Sequence record: PZ445440.1
Length of the DNA: 64,000 bases
Source: a phage
Direction: 5' to 3' (one strand)
Shown here: piece after piece, positions 1-10,511 of the stretch
Layout of the letters: every line of letters begins with the position of its first letter
Position numbering within the stretch: position 1 is the stretch's first letter
Program-made: the position numbers and the translations under genes
The notes under the pieces: generated by a model
Seen by the model: only the letters and a program-made list of their open reading frames with translations
Database searches by the model: none
What the model was told of the DNA's origin: nothing

Positions 1-103
1 GTATTTGCGTTCGAAGTTGGTGTAGTTCATTTTATTCTCCAGATGTTTAAGTTGTTTGTTGGTACAGGTATATAATAACATATCCTGTACCAAAGTAAAT
101 ATT

Positions 104-475
104 TTATTTGATTTTTGTCCACTTAGCTGAATCAATAACACCTTTTGCTTTAATCTTCTCGATTAATGACTCTGCGCGATTTCTGGCATTTTCGTACCAT
201 ACAACATCTTCAGAGTAACCAGTTTCTTCATCTTCGTAAGTTTTAGAACGAATACAGCCATAAACTGTAGAATTCAGACGGTAAATTTCACCGGTGAAAA
301 AGTTTTCGATTTCGATATAATAACAAAAATCGTCTGAAGGGCCATCAGGAGTTGTACAATAAACCACATCACCTTGAACTGAACGAACCATCCACTGTAA
401 CTCGTTAACAACTTGAGATTTATATCCATCATGGTCACGGCATTTAATTGTAGCATTTAAATTGATAATGTTCAT
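104..475 (-). CDS. hypothetical protein (123 aa)
   Basis: ORF track; member of the tightly packed minus-strand early cluster downstream of rIII; no recognisable motif. Confidence 0.45.
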   Translation of the reverse strand: MNIINLNATIKCRDHDGYKSQVVNELQWMVRSVQGDVVYCTTPDGPSDDFCYYIEIENFFTGEIYRLNSTVYGCIRSKTYEDEETGYSEDVVWYENARNRAESLIEKIKAKGVIDSAKWTKIK

Positions 476-581
476 TTTATTCTCCGGCTGTTTTATTGAT
501 TAGATGGTACAAGTCTATAGTAACACATCCTACAGGAGAGTAAACATCTTTTTAAACTTTTTCTGCCCTAAACGCACAAAA

Positions 582-599
582 GGGAGACCGAAGTCTCCC
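582..599 (-). terminator. stem-loop GGGAGAC-UUCG-GUCUCCC followed by U-run
   Basis: Perfect 7-bp inverted repeat with UUCG loop when read on minus strand, immediately after stop of the 59-aa ORF. Confidence 0.5.
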
Positions 600-604
600 T
601 AAAA

Positions 605-784
605 TTATGCAACAACCTTTCCAAAACGAGAAGCATCATCTCGAAGAACTGCACGTGCTCTGCGCATGATCTTCTCAATGGTTTGATTAATACGAGAGTT
701 CGACCCACGCTTGTATCCAGCGCGTTTAGAGGTACCATCAACTTTCTTTTCAACTGCTTTCTTTGCTTTAGCTTGTTTTGCCAT
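605..784 (-). CDS. small basic protein (59 aa, MAKQAKAKKAVEKK...), not in ORF track (<60 aa)
   Basis: Hand translation; Lys/Arg-rich; AAGAG RBS-like sequence upstream; ends directly at the terminator hairpin. Confidence 0.4.
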   Translation of the reverse strand: MAKQAKAKKAVEKKVDGTSKRAGYKRGSNSRINQTIEKIMRRARAVLRDDASRFGKVVA

Positions 785-1078
785 TATAAATTCTCTTTAA
801 ATGAAAATGCAGGACTTATTGACATTGCCTGCGCAAGCCCTCAAGGGGAACATAGGTTTTGGATATTTAACGACAGGATAACCATAAACCCGTCATCATA
901 CCAACCACGACTTAGACAGATAACCTTTTTCTGACGCGTGATAGTACAAAATACATTCAAGAGGTACACCGTAAAACTGCCGGGGCCTTAAAACTATAAT
1001 GATTCGCAAATCATTAATCAGACAGTTCGACGGCTCCTCGATTTTCTAGCCGCACTAAGGTAGCGAATCACCTAAAAC

Positions 1079-1327
1079 TTATTTAAGGGTAATAACAAAA
1101 TGACGTACTGCTTTACGAGCTGCAGAAGCCAAAGGCTTAGCATATTTCAGTTCATCTTTTGCTTCCAGTTCAGAAGCCAAAGCTGCCTGTACCGGGTTCA
1201 GATGTTTGAAATAACGCAGGATTTCCAGTGCTTCGGCTTCAACATCAATTGACGCGCCGTAGTTTTCGTGACCGTTATTCCATGCGTTTCGTTGCAGTTC
1301 AAGAGCGTGTTGTAATTGTTTAATCAT
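1079..1327 (-). CDS. rIII: lysis-inhibition accessory protein rIII
   Basis: 82 aa, same length and near-identical to recalled T4 rIII; position next to gene 31. Confidence 0.8.
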   Translation of the reverse strand: MIKQLQHALELQRNAWNNGHENYGASIDVEAEALEILRYFKHLNPVQAALASELEAKDELKYAKPLASAARKAVRHFVITLK

Positions 1328-1451
1328 TTTAAATTCTCAATTCGAGATAATATTTAGTAGCCACGTTCGTCTGAATTTCACCTTCTTTCGACAAGTCTCT
1401 CAGTTGTAGGCTACCGCTTAGAAGAGTGTTCTCTTCATATAGTTATTTATA

Positions 1452-1784
1452 TCACTTATAAAGACACGGAATAGCTTTATAGTGGCATGTTACGAATTTC
1501 TGTTTAATTTCTTTAGGTTGTTTAAGTCCCAAAGCCACAAATGGATGTGGAACATTTCGAATTTGTCCAACTGGTAGTGGAGTCAAATCACCGACTTCAA
1601 CAAAACCTTCAGGAACATCAGGACCTACAGAATGAACTACACATAGTTCAGGAACTTCACCTTGAACACGTTTACCAATCACGAGTCCTGATTCGGTAAC
1701 TTCTTCATCACCTGCTTGAGCGGGTTCAGAAACCAGAATGACATATTCACCAACAGCACGAATTGGGAGTTGTACTTCAGACAT
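1452..1784 (-). CDS. 31: capsid-folding co-chaperonin gp31 (GroES-like)
   Basis: 110 aa; sequence matches recalled T4 gp31 almost residue for residue. Confidence 0.85.
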   Translation of the reverse strand: MSEVQLPIRAVGEYVILVSEPAQAGDEEVTESGLVIGKRVQGEVPELCVVHSVGPDVPEGFVEVGDLTPLPVGQIRNVPHPFVALGLKQPKEIKQKFVTCHYKAIPCLYK

Positions 1785-1841
1785 CTTATTTCCTTGTTGT
1801 TTGACGATAGATTAATAATACCATACTATTCGTAAAGCATA

Positions 1842-2150
1842 TTACATAAGAAGCAAACGTTCTACCGGAGTACCGTCAACCGAAATTACTTTATCAAGGC
1901 GGAAAGAACGCCACTGACCTAACTTGGTATCGAATGCTCGAACTGATTCACGAGGTTCAGAACGAACTTCTGTTGCCGGATTGTTATTTTCATATTTGAC
2001 TTCAAGTTCATCGCGCGAAGCAAACATAGTGCGTACCTCACCGTTAGCCTTTTCAAATACAACACAATGAACGCCTACAGACAGAATAGTTTTAATACGT
2101 TCACGAAGAACCATAGTTTCTTGTTCAGTTAAAATCATATTATTCACCAC
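1842..2150 (-). CDS. hypothetical protein (102 aa), 31.1-position
   Basis: ORF track; between 31 and cd; stop overlaps cd region. Confidence 0.5.
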   Translation of the reverse strand: MVNNMILTEQETMVLRERIKTILSVGVHCVVFEKANGEVRTMFASRDELEVKYENNNPATEVRSEPRESVRAFDTKLGQWRSFRLDKVISVDGTPVERLLLM

Positions 2151-2721
2151 AAAAGTTTCGGATTTGTTCCCAATTCAGAGAACGAAGATTATTACGAGAG
2201 TACTGAATTACTTCAATACCAGCTTGTTTAAGAATGTCTGTCCAATTTTCAGGAGACCGGTCATATAATTCTGCATATACAACCTTTTTAATGCCTGACT
2301 GTGTGATAGCTTTAGTGCAATCAGGACACGGAGAAAGCGTAGTATATAACGTAGCACCTTCAATAGAATTACCTTTACGAGCAGCAAACAAAATTGCATT
2401 CAATTCCGCATGGATTTCGTTATTAGCAGACCATGCACTATGAGCGGCCCGATGTTCTTTAGCCAAAACAAAATTATCTGCCCGTCCAAATGCTGTAGTG
2501 CCTTCTTTATGCCCAGCAACGATGACCGGGCTTGGTTTATTCTTCAACCAACCTTGTTCGGTAGCATGGTCACAACAGTTTGTACCACCTGAAGGAGACC
2601 CATTATAACCCGTAGAGATAATGCGCCCATCTTTTTCAATGACGGCACCAACTTTCCATGAACAACATTTTGATTCTTGAGAAATCAAATAAGCAATTTG
2701 AAGATATGTGCTAGCTTTCAT
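2140..2721 (-). CDS. cd: dCMP deaminase
   Basis: 193 aa; zinc-deaminase motifs HAELNA...PCxxC (CDA fold); length equals T4 Cd. Confidence 0.9.
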   Translation of the reverse strand: MKASTYLQIAYLISQESKCCSWKVGAVIEKDGRIISTGYNGSPSGGTNCCDHATEQGWLKNKPSPVIVAGHKEGTTAFGRADNFVLAKEHRAAHSAWSANNEIHAELNAILFAARKGNSIEGATLYTTLSPCPDCTKAITQSGIKKVVYAELYDRSPENWTDILKQAGIEVIQYSRNNLRSLNWEQIRNFCGE

Positions 2722-3713
2722 TATTGAACCTTATTAATATAAGTTAACAGCTCTTTAGTTTGTTCCCAACTGATGCACGCATCGGTAACGGAAACGCCAT
2801 AGGACATATTATCAGAAATTTTTTGATTTCCTTCATGTAGGAATGATTCTATCATAATTCCTTTGACCAAATCATTAGCTGCTAAATTTTTACCAATACC
2901 AATTTGATTGCTATAATGCCCATCAGCGTTTGCATGGCTACAGTCAACCATTACATAATGATTCAGACCTACTGCCCTTGCTTTGTTAGAAGCTTCTTGA
3001 ATATCAGAAGAATGATAGTTCGGGCCGTTGGTCCCGCCACGCAATACGATATGCGTATTCTGATTACCTTCAGCTTCAACAATGCCTACAGTACCATCGA
3101 CGTCCATACCCATATACCGATGAGGCCAGGCGGCACTATACATCGCGTCTGTAGCTACTTTAATAGAACCATTAGTTGCGTTCTTGAAGCCTACGCACAT
3201 CGGTAGACCTGAAGCAATTTCACGATGTGTCTGACTTTCAGTCGTACGGGCGCCAATAGCAACCCATGAGAAAATACCAGAAAGATACTTAATCGTGAAT
3301 GGGTCTAATACTTCAGTTGCTAATGGAAGTCCCATACGTAGAAGTTTACGACACAATGTTCGTGCAACTATAAGTCCGTGGTTCATATCAAAACTTCCGT
3401 CAAGATATGGATCATTTACAAGACCTTTCCAACCTACGGTAGTTCGAGGCTTTTCAAAATAAACGCGCATCACTAACAGAACATTAGGAAGACGAGTTTG
3501 AAGTTCAGCCAGACGTTTGCCGTATTCAACAGCAGCAATAGGGTCATGAATTGAACAAGGACCTACAACAATAAGTTTGCGTGGGTCTTCACCGTTCATA
3601 ATCGAATTAACTTGTTCGCGATGAGAAGCCACTTGTGAGGCGTAAGCTTCCGACAAAGGAATAATCTCGGCCAGTTCTTTTGGAGAAATAAGTTTTCCGA
3701 CGACAGGTAACAT
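2721..3713 (-). CDS. 3-deoxy-D-arabino-heptulosonate-7-phosphate (DAHP) synthase, class I (AroG/AroF-like)
   Basis: 330 aa; long colinear blocks shared with recalled E. coli AroG (VVGPCSIHDP, VMRVYFEKPRTTVGWKGL, GARTTESQ.HRE.ASGL, GFKN, ILRGG, SHAN, ESHL.EGNQ, TDAC); TAAGGA RBS. Confidence 0.85.
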   Translation of the reverse strand: MLPVVGKLISPKELAEIIPLSEAYASQVASHREQVNSIMNGEDPRKLIVVGPCSIHDPIAAVEYGKRLAELQTRLPNVLLVMRVYFEKPRTTVGWKGLVNDPYLDGSFDMNHGLIVARTLCRKLLRMGLPLATEVLDPFTIKYLSGIFSWVAIGARTTESQTHREIASGLPMCVGFKNATNGSIKVATDAMYSAAWPHRYMGMDVDGTVGIVEAEGNQNTHIVLRGGTNGPNYHSSDIQEASNKARAVGLNHYVMVDCSHANADGHYSNQIGIGKNLAANDLVKGIMIESFLHEGNQKISDNMSYGVSVTDACISWEQTKELLTYINKVQ

Positions 3714-3833
3714 AACAATCCTTAGGAGATATAAACAGATTCTGATTCAACAATACCTTTAACCGGATTAGACAGGCTAAGTTGGTAGTGCTCAGATTTA
3801 TGACCATTCTCGATAGTAATGAGATAGCTCTCA

Positions 3834-4070
3834 TTATAGTGTTCCATATACTCGAGTTGCTTCAACAAGACCATCACTGCCTAATTTAAGATTAGTAATT
3901 TGGTCACCATCTTTAGGATTAACGATTATGAGAAAAGAACGTGGAGATTCTTGAATAACTCGTAATGTTGCATCTTGGAAACGTTCAGACACTTTATTGA
4001 TGAGTGCTTGAGCAAATTCTTTTACTTTAATCTGAAATTCGTGTACTGTAATTGGGTTTTCACTTAGCAT
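3834..4070 (-). CDS. hypothetical protein (78 aa)
   Basis: ORF track; preceded by early promoter. Confidence 0.5.
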   Translation of the reverse strand: MLSENPITVHEFQIKVKEFAQALINKVSERFQDATLRVIQESPRSFLIIVNPKDGDQITNLKLGSDGLVEATRVYGTL

Positions 4071-4098
4071 TTCTATTTCCTCATTTGTTGGTAGAGTT

Positions 4099-4128
4099 AT
4101 AGTATCACAACTCTACGGTGTTGTAAAC
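4099..4128 (-). promoter_or_regulatory. T4-type early promoter (GTTTACA-N17-TACTAT)
   Basis: Read on minus strand: GTTTACA, 17-nt spacer, TACTAT; -10 lies in loop of inverted repeat GTAGAGTT/AACTCTAC. Confidence 0.55.
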
Positions 4129-4404
4129 TTAAATTGCAAAACATTTAATTTCTTGTGAATCGAAATCAACTTCGCACTGAATTACTAGTTCAGCATCAAG
4201 TCCAAACACAACAATCACATGAGCCGAGCTGGGCAACAGTGTAACAGACACAGAATCCACTTGGTCAGGCACCAACGTATTCAAAACGTAGAGTAGTTCA
4301 GAGTGGATCTTAAGCTCGGTAGCCGTGTCCAGCTTATCAAAGAAATGATTTGCGATAATCTGACTAAAAACGACCTTTACAATTTCAGAATATTTAGGGA
4401 ACAT
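4129..4404 (-). CDS. hypothetical protein (91 aa)
   Basis: ORF track. Confidence 0.45.
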   Translation of the reverse strand: MFPKYSEIVKVVFSQIIANHFFDKLDTATELKIHSELLYVLNTLVPDQVDSVSVTLLPSSAHVIVVFGLDAELVIQCEVDFDSQEIKCFAI

Positions 4405-4411
4405 AATTACC

Positions 4412-4636
4412 TCAGTGTACAGTATTTACTTTAACACGAACAACAAATTGCTCGGTCGGTTCGCCTACAGGAACAAACTCTACATGATATTCGCCTTTGT
4501 AACGAGTATTCAGGTCGTTACGAATTTCGGTAAGCTTGTTGATTAATGTAGAACTCATATTAAGTCCCACTAGTTTACGAAGCATTTTGTATGCTTCATC
4601 TTCGATTTCATGATGTTTATCGCACATAGTTTTCAT
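4412..4636 (-). CDS. hypothetical protein (74 aa)
   Basis: ORF track. Confidence 0.45.
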   Translation of the reverse strand: MKTMCDKHHEIEDEAYKMLRKLVGLNMSSTLINKLTEIRNDLNTRYKGEYHVEFVPVGEPTEQFVVRVKVNTVH

Positions 4637-4807
4637 TTAACCATTCAATTGCCTGGTCGACGTTATCAAATATACCACCGTCCAAACGTTCTTCATACTC
4701 ATAGTCCAGCACATCAATACCGAACTGTCCATTTACTAAAGGCCAGGCTACAAACAAATATTCTTTATGCTGTTCGATGGCCTCAATCACTTCATATAAT
4801 CGTTTCA

Positions 4808-4808
<1 letters not shown>
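4617..4808 (-). CDS. hypothetical protein (63 aa)
   Basis: ORF track; stop abuts pseT start. Confidence 0.4.
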
Positions 4809-5894
<1,086 letters not shown>

Positions 5895-5895
<1 letters not shown>

Positions 5896-6194
5896 TATTT
5901 TATTCCTAAGAAAGTTTCAAGAATACGAATGTTATGCTCGCGCCGGTCTTTATTAATTTCAGCAACGTTTTTATTAATTGACGTACTTCTAACGTTTGAA
6001 GAAATAAATTTAATCATATGACTTTTGAGTTGTTGCAAATCCAACCCTTTTTCTTTAGCAGCTTTACGAAGAGCTTTACCTGCTTCATCTAGTGCCTTTG
6101 CTGCATCTTTGTCATAATTGCCAAGTGACATTCCACGGCAGATATCAATATACTCATCAGACCGTTTGATGTAATTCTCTAGTAATGTTTTCAT
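5895..6194 (-). CDS. hypothetical protein (99 aa)
   Basis: ORF track; GAGGAAA RBS and early promoter upstream. Confidence 0.5.
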
Positions 6195-6222
6195 TTAGAT
6201 TTCCTCAATTATCCATAGGAGC

Positions 6223-6252
6223 ATTATACTCTGCTCCTGAGAGTTTGTAAAC
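6223..6252 (-). promoter_or_regulatory. T4-type early promoter (GTTTACA-N17-TATAAT)
   Basis: Minus strand GTTTACA...TATAAT; -10 inside inverted repeat AGGAGC/GCTCCT; near-duplicate of promoter at 34467. Confidence 0.55.
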
Positions 6253-6476
6253 TATTTTACTAAAGATTCAATATACTCGTGAAGAGCTTTAGTCGCTACT
6301 GCCCACTTATTCTGATATTCATTTTTCAGATTAGCACGAGACTGAACTAACAAGCGGTCATTAGTCGGAGGCAAAGATTCTAATCGTTGAATCTGACGAC
6401 CATAAATCATAGCCGCCATTTCAGAGTCATAGATAAGTCCTTTAAGGTATTCATGCTGTTCTTTAGTCATTGACAT
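6252..6476 (-). CDS. hypothetical protein (74 aa)
   Basis: ORF track. Confidence 0.45.
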   Translation of the reverse strand: MSMTKEQHEYLKGLIYDSEMAAMIYGRQIQRLESLPPTNDRLLVQSRANLKNEYQNKWAVATKALHEYIESLVK

Positions 6477-6757
6477 TTTTCCTCTTTTAAACCACTACGA
6501 TAATAACATAACATAGTCTTCTGGTCATGTACATATCTTTTTACGTCGTTTAACCAGATACGAAATTCTTGAGAGTCTTCAAACGGCATTCCAACCCACG
6601 GATTACCATCAATAACCTTTACTTGCCATTTCTGGTTATATTCAACAATAGATTCAGGCCATTGCGGATGTAAAGTTTCTTTAGGGCTTAAGGGCACATC
6701 CTGGGCACATCCAGCCAAAATGCCAATAGATAATACAACTGCGGTTAATTTAATCAT
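6467..6757 (-). CDS. outer-membrane spanin (o-spanin lipoprotein)
   Basis: 96 aa; signal peptide with lipobox LAGC; immediately downstream of i-spanin candidate; matches T4 pseT.2/pseT.3 arrangement. Confidence 0.65.
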   Translation of the reverse strand: MIKLTAVVLSIGILAGCAQDVPLSPKETLHPQWPESIVEYNQKWQVKVIDGNPWVGMPFEDSQEFRIWLNDVKRYVHDQKTMLCYYRSGLKEEKCQ

Positions 6758-7110
6758 TCTGAGAGCTTCCTGAGGTCTTCTGCAAAGGAATCGAAGGACC
6801 TGTTGATTTGTTTTTCGACCAATCCTGGCTTACTTGCCACCACGTTCTTCTTCTTCGAATCCTGACGGAGCTTTTCATTTTCGGCCTTAAGTTGGTCAAC
6901 TAAAACACGGTTCTTATAAGTCATTTCTTCGATTGACTGATATTGAACCTTGAAGTCGTCTAATACTTTAGCATTGTTTTTAGCGGTCTCTTTGACAGAA
7001 GCTAATTCAGTATTCAACGAATCAACTTTGTTGTTTAAGACAACTATTGTTACCGTAGAAACTAGAGCAAAAGCTGCTACTATAGCATAAATCGGATTTA
7101 CTTTAAGCAT
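6754..7110 (-). CDS. inner-membrane spanin (i-spanin)
   Basis: 118 aa; N-terminal TM helix then charged coiled-coil-like region; overlaps o-spanin start. Confidence 0.6.
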   Translation of the reverse strand: MLKVNPIYAIVAAFALVSTVTIVVLNNKVDSLNTELASVKETAKNNAKVLDDFKVQYQSIEEMTYKNRVLVDQLKAENEKLRQDSKKKNVVASKPGLVEKQINRSFDSFAEDLRKLSE

Positions 7111-7598
7111 GTTTTAATAATCTCAATGATTTCATCTCGGGATAATCCATTGATAAGAACGGTTTTCAAACCATCACACTGGATTTTGTACGATTCAAAC
7201 AATACACACAACTCTTCTGCTGTATGATACGGGCTTGAAATTCCGAGGCGGTTGAATTTGTCGGTAAGAGGGTCGCAAATAATGTAGAATTTTATACCTG
7301 CGATATGTACGTTTGGTTGACTAATATTAATGAACACATTAGCGTCGTATTTAGTCAAATTGTTTTGAAGAAATTCTACCATGGCATTAACTGCTTCCGG
7401 CATTGCTTCACGTTTCTCTTCAGCGTATCGGGTGGAATACTCTTTTTGTTTTACTTTCTTTTTAAGATTTTTGGCTAGTGTAACACGTAGGTCAGTAAGA
7501 TAACCAACTGGACGTCCTTTCTTAAAGACTCGGATTCCGTCAGTTGTGTCTCCAAAAGCGGTTACGACCATATCGTTAGTAATCAATTGCATATTCAT
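7098..7598 (-). CDS. alc: host transcription inhibitor Alc (by synteny and size)
   Basis: 166 aa vs 167 aa for T4 Alc; lies between pseT cluster and rnlA as in T4; sequence not independently recognised. Confidence 0.5.
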   Translation of the reverse strand: MNMQLITNDMVVTAFGDTTDGIRVFKKGRPVGYLTDLRVTLAKNLKKKVKQKEYSTRYAEEKREAMPEAVNAMVEFLQNNLTKYDANVFINISQPNVHIAGIKFYIICDPLTDKFNRLGISSPYHTAEELCVLFESYKIQCDGLKTVLINGLSRDEIIEIIKTCLK

Positions 7599-7628
7599 AA
7601 TTTTCTCCTCGGGTTGTTGTTAAAAGCC

Positions 7629-7658
7629 ATAGTAACACCTTCCTTGGTGTTTGTAAAC
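7629..7658 (-). promoter_or_regulatory. T4-type early promoter
   Basis: Minus strand GTTTACA-N17-TACTAT upstream of alc. Confidence 0.5.
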
Positions 7659-7660
7659 CA

Positions 7661-8794
<1,134 letters not shown>

Positions 8795-8811
8795 TCAGTT
8801 AGTTTTTTTAA

Positions 8812-8841
8812 ATTGTACCACAATCCTTGTGGTGTGTAAAC
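8812..8841 (-). promoter_or_regulatory. T4-type early promoter
   Basis: Minus strand GTTTACA-N17-TACAAT upstream of rnlA; inverted repeat CCACAA/TTGTGG in spacer. Confidence 0.5.
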
Positions 8842-9251
8842 TACTTTTTCTTATGTTGGATATTCCAAGGCGGGTTGAACTTTTTGATAAAAAGTGGTTC
8901 TTCAAGGTCCATTGTTGCGATGGTCATTGAACCAAGTTCGTTGGTGACTGAAAGGTCAAAACATTGGCGGGCCCAGAATTCAACCTTTTTGCCTTGCATT
9001 AAGGCATCCAAAATCATAAGTGATTTTCTTGAATCTGAAGTCTGGTCTTTTCGATTTATGGCTGTTCGATAATAGTTAATGCGTTTCTTTAAATTCTTGG
9101 TTTTACCAATATACACAAGTTCGTCATCTATAGCAATAGCGTATATGACATTTTTCTTATTAGGGACATCGACTGTTTTAATTGTTGCATCTTCTAATAG
9201 CTCCAATTCTGTATATTTAATAAAGGAATATTCGGCGGCAATATCTTTCAT
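8841..9251 (-). CDS. denA: endonuclease II (GIY-YIG)
   Basis: 136 aa; GIY-YIG-like motifs (VYIGKT ... RINYY); position between rnlA and nrdB as in T4. Confidence 0.8.
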   Translation of the reverse strand: MKDIAAEYSFIKYTELELLEDATIKTVDVPNKKNVIYAIAIDDELVYIGKTKNLKKRINYYRTAINRKDQTSDSRKSLMILDALMQGKKVEFWARQCFDLSVTNELGSMTIATMDLEEPLFIKKFNPPWNIQHKKK

Positions 9252-9277
9252 AATAAAGTGGGACCGAAGTCCCGTCC

Positions 9278-10456
9278 TTAGAAATATTTTTTGTATGAAT
9301 TGATTACATTTTGGTCTACATCATTATCAATTTGTGCGACAAGATAAGAACTGATTTCAACTTCCTGAGGAGCTGCTTGAACTAAATCGGAATTCAGATA
9401 TTCACGAATCCATGGAATAGGATGGCGAGTTGATACGTCTTTAAGTGGACAAGGTAGACCACAACTACGCATACGAGATACAGTAAGGTAATCCACAAAT
9501 TCGCTTAGAATTTTAACATTTAGCCCTGGCAGAGCACCATCTTTAAACAAGTGTTCAGCCCATTCTTTTTCTTGAGCATTAACTTCCATAAAGATATCAA
9601 CGGCTTCTTTCTCACATTCTTTTGTGATCTGAACCCACTCATCACCATCTTCACCGTCTTGTAAAGCACGAATAATATATTGAGTGCCTTTAAGGTGAAG
9701 CTGTTCATCACGTGCGATGAACTTCATAATCTTCGCATTACCTTCCATAATTTCCATATTTTTATGGAAGTTGAAAGTACAAGCAAAAGATACATAAAAA
9801 CGAATAGCTTCCAAGGCGTTAATAACATGCAGGCAGAGATAAAGAGATTTCATTAGCTCACGCTTCCAATATGTCTCATGCTCAATAGCATCTTCAATAA
9901 CGTCTTCGTCTGCATTAATTTCTTTTTGGTATTCGATATCAGCTTTAGCATTTTCCCAATAACGAGTTTTAACTAAGACATCGTCGTAATAACGTCCGAT
10001 AGATTCAGCACGTTTCATAATAGCTTCGTCTAATACAATTTCATCAAATACCTTCGATGGATCGGTATAAAGATTTCGCATGATATGAGTATATGAACGG
10101 GAGTGAATAGTTTCACTGAAAGTCCATGTAGCAACCCATGTATCTAATGAAGGGTCTGAAAGCAATGACATAAGTACCGCAGATGGTGCCCTGCCTTGGA
10201 TAGAATCTAATAATGATTGATACTTAAGGTTGTTGGTAAAGATATTCTGTTGGAACTGAGGAAGCTTATTGAACTGGGCTGAATCCAGCATCAGGTTTAC
10301 TTCTTCTGGGCGCCAAAAGAACGAGAGTTGCTTTTCGATAAGCTCTTCAAAAACTTTATGACGTTGGATATCGTAACGTGCAAGACCAAGACCAGAACCA
10401 AAGAACATCGGTTCATTCAAAACATCGACTTGTTGTGTATTAAAAACTGTACTCAT
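9278..10456 (-). CDS. nrdB: ribonucleotide reductase small subunit (class Ia)
   Basis: 392 aa; di-iron ligand pattern (E..H motifs) and synteny; uninterrupted ORF. Confidence 0.85.
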   Translation of the reverse strand: MSTVFNTQQVDVLNEPMFFGSGLGLARYDIQRHKVFEELIEKQLSFFWRPEEVNLMLDSAQFNKLPQFQQNIFTNNLKYQSLLDSIQGRAPSAVLMSLLSDPSLDTWVATWTFSETIHSRSYTHIMRNLYTDPSKVFDEIVLDEAIMKRAESIGRYYDDVLVKTRYWENAKADIEYQKEINADEDVIEDAIEHETYWKRELMKSLYLCLHVINALEAIRFYVSFACTFNFHKNMEIMEGNAKIMKFIARDEQLHLKGTQYIIRALQDGEDGDEWVQITKECEKEAVDIFMEVNAQEKEWAEHLFKDGALPGLNVKILSEFVDYLTVSRMRSCGLPCPLKDVSTRHPIPWIREYLNSDLVQAAPQEVEISSYLVAQIDNDVDQNVINSYKKYF

Positions 10457-10511
10457 TATATTTTCTCACTTAGTTATTAACTCATCCATGAGTAAATTAT
10501 AATCAAAAGAC

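Noticed and set aside
683-934. 83-aa plus-strand ORF and overlapping 61-aa minus ORF 568..753
   Set aside because: No RBS; a different frame in the same stretch encodes a plausible basic 59-aa protein ending exactly at a terminator hairpin; the plus ORF runs against local transcription.
785-1078. Possible tRNA genes in the intergenic gaps
   Set aside because: No cloverleaf-compatible sequence with a conserved T-loop (GTTCRANYC) was seen; the T4 tRNA cluster lies in a part of the genome outside this window.
1443-1450. TATAAATA on minus strand upstream of rIII as a late promoter
   Set aside because: It is about 115 nt from the rIII start and overlaps the 3' end of gene 31, so it was not called as a feature; it may still be a genuine late promoter.
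3607-3834. 75-aa ORF overlapping the 5' end of the DAHP synthase gene
   Set aside because: Out-of-frame overlap with a well-supported CDS; Cys/Arg/Ser-rich translation typical of a wrong frame.
8841-9251. GIY-YIG protein as a possible homing endonuclease
   Set aside because: Size (136 aa), position between rnlA and nrdB and lack of a DNA-binding extension fit endonuclease II (denA), not a free-standing homing endonuclease; no intron nearby.
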